Shown here: positions 1-7,661 of the stretch, piece after piece | How positions within the stretch are numbered: position 1 is the first letter of the stretch | Layout of the letters: each line of letters begins with the position of its first letter | Assembly (NCBI RefSeq): GCF_965196625.1 | Contig: NZ_OZ239769.1 | Coordinates: 780,001-812,000, forward strand | Length of the DNA stretch: 32,000 nt | Direction of reading: 5' to 3' | From: Candidatus Saccharimonadota bacterium | GTDB lineage: Bacteria > Bacteroidota > Bacteroidia > Cytophagales > Amoebophilaceae | Notes under the pieces: generated by a model | Databases searched by the model: none | What the model was told of the DNA's origin: nothing | Seen by the model: only the letters and a program-made list of their open reading frames with translations | Position numbers and translations under genes: made by a program

Positions 1-2
1 TA

Positions 3-887
3 AAATTAATCTATGATGTATGTACCAAGCTGTGCATAAAATATTTTTGCATTAAAATCAATCATAGAGGCGTATTATCCACTATTGTTGAGCCAGAAAA
101 AGAAAAAATATTTTGTGCCATTGTAGATAAATCAGAAAAAATTGGTTGCGAAAAAGTGATCAGTGCATTACAAGCAGCAGGCTTTAGTAGCCAAACCATT
201 GCATCCTTTTCCTTATTGCAAAAGTTTAAAGGGAGCAATGCTGAACGGTTGAGCCAACTACAAGCAACAATTGGCCATACAGATACAGGATCAAAAGCAG
301 TAGCAGCATTGGGCAACATATTGACACAAGCGCATGCCCTTGGCTTGCCAGATGGTGCATGTTCTATTGATCCAACCTTAGCAAGGGGCTTAGCCTATTA
401 CACCGGCCTGGTTATGGAGTTAACCGTGGCAAATGCATCCATAGGCAGCTTAGGTGGGGGGGGGAGGTATGAACATCTCGGAGATACATTTGGCATAACT
501 GGATTGGTTGGCGTAGGGTTTTCCTTTGGCATAGATAGGCTTTACGACCTTATGGAGGAGCAAAATCTCTTTCCATCCATTACGCATTACACAACAGAGG
601 TATTGTTGACCAACACTGAAGAAAAAGCAGAAGCACAACTGCTTAAGTTATTGAATCAGTTGCGTCTAGATGGGTTTAAAGCAGAAATATATCCCCAACG
701 GGTAAAAATGAAAAAACAATTAACTTATGCGCATAAAAAAAACATCCCTTTTGTGGTTATACTAGGAGAAGAAGAATACACTATGCATCACTACACGCTA
801 AAAAATATGCAAACAGGGATACAAAATAGTTATAGTTGGCCTGAGCTCTTTGCCGCATTAGGGACAGCCTTAGCTGTAAAATCGTAG
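3..887 (+). CDS. hisS: histidyl-tRNA synthetase, 5'-truncated by the window edge
   Basis: The frame of the 156..887 ORF stays open back to nt 3, so the GTG at 156 is internal. The translation carries the class II HisRS motif-3 region GGGGRYEHLGDTFG...GVGFSFGIDRL and a C-terminal anticodon-binding domain (IPFVVILGEEE). Confidence 0.9.
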   Translation, partial: KLIYDVCTKLCIKYFCIKINHRGVLSTIVEPEKEKIFCAIVDKSEKIGCEKVISALQAAGFSSQTIASFSLLQKFKGSNAERLSQLQATIGHTDTGSKAVAALGNILTQAHALGLPDGACSIDPTLARGLAYYTGLVMELTVANASIGSLGGGGRYEHLGDTFGITGLVGVGFSFGIDRLYDLMEEQNLFPSITHYTTEVLLTNTEEKAEAQLLKLLNQLRLDGFKAEIYPQRVKMKKQLTYAHKKNIPFVVILGEEEYTMHHYTLKNMQTGIQNSYSWPELFAALGTALAVKS

Positions 888-889
888 CT

Positions 890-1726
890 ATGGATGCGCT
901 TTGGACCATTATTGTTGCTGCACTTGCCAGTATAAATTGTGCTTTAGTAGGTACCTACTTGCTATTAAGGAAAATCGCCATGATGGGGGATGCCATTGCC
1001 CACTCCACACTACCAGGTATTGTATTGGCTCTGCTGATCACTGGATCTAAAAATTCACCTGTACTCATCGCTGGAGCTGGTATAACAGGTGTGCTCGTTA
1101 CCTTTCTCATCGCATTTTTAGAAAAAAAAATAAGCATACAGGTAGATGCTGCTATAGGCATAAACTTTACATTTCTCTTTGCTTTAGGGGTTATTCTCAT
1201 CTCTTTTTTCAGTAGAAAAATAGACTTAGATCCAGAATGCAGTTTATATGGCGAACTGGCAACCGTTACATTAGATGTTTGGCGAACGAATGGTGGTATA
1301 AACCTAGGACCCAAAGCATTTTATATTTTATCAACCGCTTTAGTGACCAACTTAACCTTTCTTATCATCGGTTATAAATATCTATTTGTAACTACCTTTG
1401 ATCCACAATTCGCAGAAAGCATTGGGGTACGCACAACCCGTTGGCACTATGCCTTGATGGGGATAACCTCATTGACCACCGTTGCTGCATTTGAAGTAGC
1501 AGGCGCAATTTTAGTCGTCGCCCTTTTAATTGTTCCAGCTGCAGCTATGTATTTGGTTACAAAATCTCTTAAGCGTTTGTTATTTTACAATATACTCTTT
1601 GCTATATGCACGTCTATTAGCGGATATTATATCAGCTTCTGGTTGAATAGCTCTATGGCAGCCACAATGGTTACCATAACAGGGCTATTATTCTTAGTTG
1701 CTTTTGTATTTTCCAAAAATAATTAA
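890..1726 (+). CDS. ABC-3 family metal (Zn/Mn/Fe) ABC transporter permease, ZnuB/MntB/TroC-like
   Basis: 278 aa polytopic membrane protein. The N-terminus LVGTYLLLRKIAMMGDAIAHSTLPG is typical of ABC-3 permeases. It starts 2 nt after the hisS stop. Confidence 0.8.
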   Translation: MDALWTIIVAALASINCALVGTYLLLRKIAMMGDAIAHSTLPGIVLALLITGSKNSPVLIAGAGITGVLVTFLIAFLEKKISIQVDAAIGINFTFLFALGVILISFFSRKIDLDPECSLYGELATVTLDVWRTNGGINLGPKAFYILSTALVTNLTFLIIGYKYLFVTTFDPQFAESIGVRTTRWHYALMGITSLTTVAAFEVAGAILVVALLIVPAAAMYLVTKSLKRLLFYNILFAICTSISGYYISFWLNSSMAATMVTITGLLFLVAFVFSKNN

Positions 1727-1870
1727 GATAATCACAGGTAGATTGTATTCAAGATACAATCTGGATCATCTAGGCTTGAGCAACGTAGCCTTCTTTAGCG
1801 CACTAAATATAGCGTTTCGAAAGAGAAAGAGGTTGCGTATCATTTTTATTTCATTAAACCCATACATACT

Positions 1871-2215
1871 ATGCATATAACTGGAAGATTATTTGAAATT
1901 AATCCACCACAGCAAGTGTCTGAATCATTTAAAAAAAGAAATTTCGTGGTAGAATATGTAGAGAATCCACAATATCCAGAATACATCTCTTTTGAGTTGA
2001 TTCAGGACAAATGTGATTTGCTAGATGGCTTCACAGAAAAAGAAGAAATAACGGTTCATTTCAATCTACGTGGCAGAAAATGGACCAATCCAGAAGGTGT
2101 TGTGAAATACTTTAATGCTTTGCAAGCATGGCGTCTAGAAAAAGGTAATAAATCAAACGAATCATCTCCATCATCTCCATCTCCTGCTGATGTAGAAGAC
2201 GATTTGCCGTTTTAA
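1871..2215 (+). CDS. DUF3127-family small protein with an SSB-like acidic C-terminal tip
   Basis: The N-terminal ~90 aa (MHITGRLFEI...FVVEYVENPQYPEYISFEL...VHFNLRGRKW...ALQAWRLEK) match the Bacteroidota DUF3127 pattern. They are followed by a Ser/Pro linker and a terminal EDDLPF. Confidence 0.75.
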   Translation: MHITGRLFEINPPQQVSESFKKRNFVVEYVENPQYPEYISFELIQDKCDLLDGFTEKEEITVHFNLRGRKWTNPEGVVKYFNALQAWRLEKGNKSNESSPSSPSPADVEDDLPF

Positions 2216-2435
2216 ATAAAAAGATTTTATGCCATATTTTCAGAAGCCAACCTTCTGATCAACTTTAGGGACGAGCATTTCTAATGCCAACTTTTATACA
2301 AAGAACGTCTTATTGCATCATTGGGCGTTCCTTTTGGTAACAATCTCTTCCAGATAAATAGATCAGATAGGATAAGCTAATATTTTTTATTAGTTAAACC
2401 TATCATGCTATTATGAGATTTATTAAAAAAAAGTA

Positions 2436-2443
2436 TAAATTTG
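2436..2443 (+). promoter_or_regulatory. possible Bacteroidota -7 promoter box (TAAATTTG) upstream of the peroxiredoxin gene
   Basis: Exact match to TAnnTTTG about 90 nt upstream of the GTG start at 2534. I found no convincing TTTG -33 element at the expected spacing. Confidence 0.25.
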
Positions 2444-2533
2444 CAGTGTAAGGGTTGGTCCCATCTAGGCTTCTATAAGCAATAAAGTTAGAAGCAGTAG
2501 TCGGCTTTCTATATTTTTTAATTTATATATACC

Positions 2534-3172
2534 GTGCATTTATTAGCAACAAAGGCCCCTATTTTCAAGGCGCCTGCTGTCATAGATGGTGGAAACATCA
2601 TAACTGAGTTTTCACTAGAGCAGTTTTTAGGAAAAAAAGAAGTGCTTTTTTTCTTTTACCCGAAAGATTTCACTTTTGTCTGTCCTACTGAGTTATTGTC
2701 CTTCCAGTACCATTTACCCCAATTCATAAAGCGCAATGTAGCATTGGTTAGTTGCTCTACCGACACAGAAGAAACCCATGCTGCTTGGTTACATACACCC
2801 AACACAAAAGGAGGCATCGCTGGCGTAACCTATCCATTGGTTGCTGATACCAGTAAGGCGATTGCTTCCAACTATGGTGTTTTAGGAGGTAACTGGAGCT
2901 ATAATGAGGATAATCAATTGATTTTCACAGGTGTTCCTGTAGCTTATCGTGGAACTTTTTTAATTGATAAAGAAGGTATCATACGTTATATGGCCATTAA
3001 CGATTTGCCACTAGGTAGAAATATCAGTGAAATACTCCGTATTATTGATATGTGGCAACATGTCGTTCAATTTGGAGAAGTTTGTCCAGCAAACTGGGCA
3101 AAAGGCGATATGGCTATGCAAGCTACCCCTGAGAGCGTATCCAACTATCTAACCATAAATACAGAACTATGA
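2534..3172 (+). CDS. ahpC: typical 2-Cys peroxiredoxin (AhpC/Tsa family)
   Basis: Contains the peroxidatic Cys motif FFFYPKDFTFVCPTE and the resolving Cys motif GEVCPANW. GTG start. Confidence 0.9.
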   Translation: MHLLATKAPIFKAPAVIDGGNIITEFSLEQFLGKKEVLFFFYPKDFTFVCPTELLSFQYHLPQFIKRNVALVSCSTDTEETHAAWLHTPNTKGGIAGVTYPLVADTSKAIASNYGVLGGNWSYNEDNQLIFTGVPVAYRGTFLIDKEGIIRYMAINDLPLGRNISEILRIIDMWQHVVQFGEVCPANWAKGDMAMQATPESVSNYLTINTEL

Positions 3173-3273
3173 AAAGAGCATAATCAACATTTTATAAAAA
3201 CATTTCACAACACCATAAAGTATCTGATCAGTTTTGATTTTATACTTTATATTTTAACTAAATTAAAAACACA

Positions 3274-4773
3274 ATGAGCACGAAAAAAGAATTTGGCAAC
3301 GTACGTGGGGTCGTATTCCCCATTCATAAAAATGAGCTGCGTAAATTTTTGCCAATGGCCCTTATATTTATTCTCATATCTTTTTGTTATGCACTTACAC
3401 GCTCCCTTAAGGATATGAATATCCTTAAGGAAATGAATGCTACAGCTATTTACTGGTTAAAAGCAGTAGCCATTACGCCTAGTATGATTTTCTTTACCAT
3501 TCTTTATGGAAAGGTTAGTCGTTCTACAGGAAGGGATGGTAGGTTCAATGCAGTTATGATTTACTTCTTTGCCTTTTTTACCCTTTCACTGGTTTTCTTA
3601 CTCCCCAAAAAAGAGTTATTGCAACTTAATGCACTCTCTCAGATGCTTGAAGAAAAGTTTCCAAGCCTTATAGGACTTTGGGGGGCCATTTGCCATTGGC
3701 CTATTTCCCTCTTTTATATCCATGCTGAAGCTTGGGGAACTTTTGCATTAAGTGTGGTGTTTTGGACCTTTGTAAATGAAATTACTGCTGTAAATCAGGC
3801 TAAAAGATTTTATAGCTTTTTAAGTATGTTTGCTGCCATTGGCAGCATTTTAGCTGGGTTCATTCTTAAGCTGGATAATGTGCGTACCAATTTCGATCAA
3901 GGTTTAAAGTTTGTGATTATAGCTATTATTTTGGTGCTAGTAGTGTATAACTACTTTACTTCAGATATAAAGGCGAACCCATCCTACTATCAGGTTGAGC
4001 AAAAACCTAAAAAGGTCAAGGTAAAAATGTCCTTTATGGATTCTATGAAGTTCTTAGCGCGTTCTAGGTACCTAATGTTGCTTTCTATATTGGTAGTTGG
4101 TTATGGGTTGGTGATTGCCCTTTTTGAAGCAGTGCAAAAGGCGCAGATACAGCAATATGTAAAAATTACTGGTGATAATACGATTTATGCAGGTATCTAT
4201 TCAGATCAGCAAATTGCAGTAGGCGTTATGTCCATTTTAGTAACCATTTTCCTTGCCACACCTGTACTAAAAAAAGGATGGCGTTTTGCCGCATCTGCTA
4301 CACCGGTTACGGCATTGGTAATGACGGTTTTGTTTTTTACCTTCCTTCGGTTTGGGGATGCTTTGGATGATTTTTTAAAGGGTTTTAATCTGACTGCTTT
4401 GCACCTCTCTGTTCAAGTAGGGCTTTACAATGTGGTTTTGATTAAGTCGGTTAAATATGTTCTTTTTGATCCAACCAAAGAAGCAGTCTATATTCCACTA
4501 GATGAAGAAACCAAGGTACGTGGAAAAGCAGCTGTAGATGGTGTAGGCTCTCGTTTGGGAAAGAGTTTAGCATCTGTATTGGTTACTACTATGTCTACCT
4601 TACTTGGTGGTGGTGATATCGCCAATATTCGCACCCCAATTGTGCTTATGATCATAGCTGTGATTATACTTTGGTTAATAGCTGTTCGCACTTTAGGAAA
4701 ACTAAAAACAGCAGCTGAAGCTAAACATGAATCAGAACGCATAGGTGCTAGAACTGTTCAGGTCAGTAAGTAG
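3274..4773 (+). CDS. tlc: ATP/ADP translocase (nucleotide transporter, Tlc/NTT family)
   Basis: 499 aa with about 12 TM segments. The N-terminus FPIHKNELRKFLPMALIFILISFCYALTRSLKD is the hallmark of Rickettsia/Chlamydia-type Tlc/NTT carriers. Confidence 0.9.
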   Translation: MSTKKEFGNVRGVVFPIHKNELRKFLPMALIFILISFCYALTRSLKDMNILKEMNATAIYWLKAVAITPSMIFFTILYGKVSRSTGRDGRFNAVMIYFFAFFTLSLVFLLPKKELLQLNALSQMLEEKFPSLIGLWGAICHWPISLFYIHAEAWGTFALSVVFWTFVNEITAVNQAKRFYSFLSMFAAIGSILAGFILKLDNVRTNFDQGLKFVIIAIILVLVVYNYFTSDIKANPSYYQVEQKPKKVKVKMSFMDSMKFLARSRYLMLLSILVVGYGLVIALFEAVQKAQIQQYVKITGDNTIYAGIYSDQQIAVGVMSILVTIFLATPVLKKGWRFAASATPVTALVMTVLFFTFLRFGDALDDFLKGFNLTALHLSVQVGLYNVVLIKSVKYVLFDPTKEAVYIPLDEETKVRGKAAVDGVGSRLGKSLASVLVTTMSTLLGGGDIANIRTPIVLMIIAVIILWLIAVRTLGKLKTAAEAKHESERIGARTVQVSK

Positions 4774-4843
4774 AAGTATGATGCCTACCTCTTTTTACTG
4801 GTTTTGAGGTAGTGTTGCCATGTATCTGAATCGATATATCAAA

Positions 4844-4879
4844 GGGGCAGACATTTAAATTAAATGTCTGCCCCTTTTT
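4844..4879 (+). terminator. rho-independent terminator downstream of tlc
   Basis: Perfect 14-bp stem GGGGCAGACATTTA / TAAATGTCTGCCCC followed by TTTTT. AAA on the 5' side makes it potentially bidirectional. Confidence 0.7.
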
Positions 4880-4948
4880 ACTATAGGCTTAGTAAGCCCT
4901 TAGTTTATTTTTCTTATTCTTTCATTGTACACCTTAAATCTTCTCATC

Positions 4949-5214
4949 ATGAAAAAATTACCGATTGGGGTTAGTGACTTTCATAGGTTAGTATCTAACG
5001 ATTACCTCTTTTGTGATAAGACAGCTATGATTGCTGATTTCCTAAAAAGTGGCGATGAGGTTACTTTAATTGCCCGCCCTCGTCAGATCAAATAAAATTG
5101 CAGTCGCATCATACCGAATTATTACAATACCCCCATGTACAGGAGGTAGTAGAAGTTGGTATTGCTTTTTCTGGAAAATTGGTTTTGGCTGCTTATGCTA
5201 CCTATAATGCGTAA
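4949..5214 (+). pseudogene. internally deleted relic of an AAA-ATPase-like / PDDEXK_9 family gene
   Basis: ATG at 4949 gives MKKLPIGVSDFHRLVSNDYLFCDKTAMIADFLKSGDEVTLIARPRQIK*. This matches the family N-terminus up to the RPRRFGK motif. A different frame ending at TAA 5212..5214 gives ...ELLQYPHVQEVVEVGIAFSGKLVLAAYATYNA*, resembling the family C-terminus. The several hundred codons that normally lie between are absent. Confidence 0.6.
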
Positions 5215-5653
5215 GCAGTATGGTGATGTTATGTTAACGAATAAATATAGTGAGCAAGAGGAATAGGAATACATGAATTAATATCCTGCATACATATTTT
5301 TACATCTGATTTGTAAGATTAAATTTTAACTGCTATAGATTTTATTGAGTTTATTAATTTATATGGATTTTTATGGCTTAATTTATTTGCTTTTTAGTGT
5401 CAGTTCATGCAATGGCGTCAAGGGGCAATAAGAGTGGTGCGGAATATAAGTTACAAGATATGGTGGCCGCTGATAAGGAATTTGGCACTTTCAGTAAAAC
5501 TGAAGTTTTTAAATAAGTTTTCTTTTTTAAACTAATTTTATTAAGATAAAAAGCGTGCTAAATGCTTCTATGATTACCACTTGTAAAAAAATTACACCAT
5601 TGAGCGTTAAGCAACTTTATTATAGCCAAAAGTATATTGAACATTAAAGCCAT

Positions 5654-6799
5654 ATGAAAACGATTATAAAAATTCAGCACCATAATTTCTGGCTAAAATG
5701 GATGATGGCTTTCTTTTTACTGTCTGTTTTTCAATTATGTAGGAGTCAAGATATCACTCAAATATTGAAAAGTAGTTCCCTCGAACAATTGCGTAAGGAG
5801 ATCCATCGTAAAAAGATTGATAAGAAAGTTAATGGAATCGATTGGCTACATGCTGCAGTAAATTTGGGCGACCCTTATAGGGTAAAAGTAATTTTAGACG
5901 AAATCATTCGCCGTATTAGTCACCGTCAAAAAGGCTCACGCGCTATTTTTATCAATAATTTTCCAAATTCAGTTGATATTGTGAACGGAAAAACAGCTCT
6001 TGGGAAAGCTATAGACAGAAGCCGCCATAACACATACCAACCAAGTACAGCGTACCAAAAAATAGTTGAGCTTTTAATTGGTAATCCTTATATCGAGGTG
6101 AATAATATTGGGGCCTGTTTACCATCTATGATACCCACTTCCCTTCTATTGGCACTGTATAACAATGATTCAATAACTGCCAATATTTTGATGACCAAGT
6201 GCTATGATAAGGATCATTTAGATATTGAAACACCACATCCGCAATCAGGTGTTACCCCACTTCATTTAACCATTAAAAATAAATATATTGATTTAACCGA
6301 CTTGTTATTTCAGCGATTTATTGGCAGAGTTTCAAAGGGAGGAACAACTAACTCTTTATATATAAAAGACGGTCAGGGAAAAACGCCACTTCATCTGGCC
6401 TTTGAAGTTGGTTTTCAGTATGCAGCAGAAAAATTAATTGAGCAAGTTGATCATTCTAGCAACCAGCTAGATAATTTATGTGCACAAGATCAAAATGGCA
6501 ATACCCCACTGCATTTGGCGATCCAGTGTAATGTTCCTGTAAGGGTCGTCCAATTGTTAGTTGATAAGATTCAACAGTACTCTTTTCCTTATAAGTCCCT
6601 TTTTTTTAACTGTTTATCAATAAAAAACTCCAAGGAAAAAATCCCACTAGATTTGGCTGATAGCAACCGTAAGGATACCAGTAAAAATGTAAACGACTAT
6701 GAAAATGTGAAGCAAGTATATAATTTATTGGCCCAGTATAGTTCATTGAATCAGCAACCAATCACATCACCGAGGCCGTTGCGTCCGATAAGGAGATAG
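5654..6799 (+). CDS. ankyrin-repeat protein with an N-terminal hydrophobic export signal
   Basis: Repeated ANK cores GVTPLHLTIKNKYIDLTDLL, GKTPLHLAFEVGFQYAAEKLI and GNTPLHLAIQCNVPVRVVQLL. The N-terminus WLKWMMAFFLLSVFQLCRSQD is signal-peptide-like. Confidence 0.85.
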   Translation: MKTIIKIQHHNFWLKWMMAFFLLSVFQLCRSQDITQILKSSSLEQLRKEIHRKKIDKKVNGIDWLHAAVNLGDPYRVKVILDEIIRRISHRQKGSRAIFINNFPNSVDIVNGKTALGKAIDRSRHNTYQPSTAYQKIVELLIGNPYIEVNNIGACLPSMIPTSLLLALYNNDSITANILMTKCYDKDHLDIETPHPQSGVTPLHLTIKNKYIDLTDLLFQRFIGRVSKGGTTNSLYIKDGQGKTPLHLAFEVGFQYAAEKLIEQVDHSSNQLDNLCAQDQNGNTPLHLAIQCNVPVRVVQLLVDKIQQYSFPYKSLFFNCLSIKNSKEKIPLDLADSNRKDTSKNVNDYENVKQVYNLLAQYSSLNQQPITSPRPLRPIRR

Positions 6800-6864
6800 T
6801 ATAATTTTACTATTCTTCTAGTGTTATAGTGCATCTGCTCAAGTTATTGCAGCACAAATCCTTC

Positions 6865-7146
6865 TCAGCGTTTAGCTGAGTGGTATTTTTGCTTCAGCCC
6901 TACCATGATTAAAGATCCAATTGTGAGGAGCAGATTGGTGAGGAGCAAAGGTTTATCAGCAGTCATTGCTGCATAAAGGCTCCAGCTAACCGAAGAAACG
7001 GTTAGATTCAACAGCATCAACATAGAAACGTCATTAACAGATTTAGTCCTATATGACTGTATAATCTGCGGAAGAAGCGACATGACCGCTGTTGATGAAC
7101 CTATGCATGCGACAACATCTAAAAACGAAACAGAAGAAAAATTCAT
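6865..7146 (-). CDS. SemiSWEET / PQ-loop (MtN3-like) 3-TM transporter
   Basis: From the internal ATG at 7146 the product is 93 aa with the SemiSWEET pattern: IGSSTAVMSLLPQIIQSYRTKSVNDVS...SWSLYAAMTADKPLLLTN. The longer track ORF (to 7215) runs into tRNA-Leu and was trimmed. Confidence 0.8.
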   Translation of the reverse strand: MNFSSVSFLDVVACIGSSTAVMSLLPQIIQSYRTKSVNDVSMLMLLNLTVSSVSWSLYAAMTADKPLLLTNLLLTIGSLIMVGLKQKYHSAKR

Positions 7147-7175
7147 CGATATAGCGCGGAAAAAGAGTGGATTTG

Positions 7176-7258
7176 TACCAGGAGCGGGGATCGAACCCGC
7201 ATGGCCTAAGGCCACAAGATTTTAAGTCTTGCGTGTATACCAATTCCACCATCCTGGC
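7176..7258 (-). tRNA. tRNA-Leu (anticodon TAA)
   Basis: The reverse complement folds as a cloverleaf by hand: acceptor GCCAGGA/TCCTGGT (G1:U72), anticodon stem CAAGA/TCTTG with loop CTTAAAA, long variable arm TGGCCTTAGGCCAT, and T arm GCGGG-TTCGATC-CCCGC. No encoded CCA. Confidence 0.85.
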
Positions 7259-7366
7259 AAGGCCACATGAGCTGTGGAGACAGCACACACAAAAACAAGC
7301 GCAATAAGCTAACCAACCGCTACCAAGATACAAATTACCCAATAGCGTACCTAAAGCGTTAGAAAG

Positions 7367-7439
<73 letters not shown>

Positions 7440-7511
7440 TTAATGCGCTATACAATAGATCGAATTTACTTAAAGATTTTTTTTTTTCAAAATGGTTATG
7501 GACTTTTATCG

Positions 7512-7661
7512 CTAATTTTTAAAACTTTTAATCATATCCTTGAGCGCATTCAATTTTAAGAAAGCTTCTACTGGAGAAAGGCTATTGATATCAATAGCCT
7601 CTAAGAAGGCTTTGAGGGTATTCAGTTCTTTATCTGAACCAAAAAGTTTCAGTTGATAGGC
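7512..7661 (-). other. mutS: orphaned in-frame C-terminal tail of mutS (49 sense codons plus TAG) lying after the premature TAA
   Basis: In the same frame as mutS, directly after TAA (7664..7662), it reads AYQLKLFGSDKELNTLKAFLEAIDINSLSPVEAFLKLNALKDMIKSFKN* (TAG at 7514..7512). It contains a QLxLF clamp-binding-type pentapeptide and the LSPxEA...L..LK helix typical of MutS C-termini. Confidence 0.75.

Noticed and set aside
1698-1880. 60-aa ORF in the gap between the ABC-3 permease and the DUF3127 gene
   Set aside because: It overlaps the permease stop and the DUF3127 start, and its sequence is not protein-like. The region more likely holds a 9-bp hairpin (1740..1762) and a promoter.
5412-5516. 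34-codon ORF MASRGNKSGAEYKLQDMVAADKEFGTFSKTEVFK in the AT-rich gap upstream of the first ANK gene
   Set aside because: It looks locally less AT-rich by eye and could be a gene fragment, but it has no recognisable motif and is too short to call.
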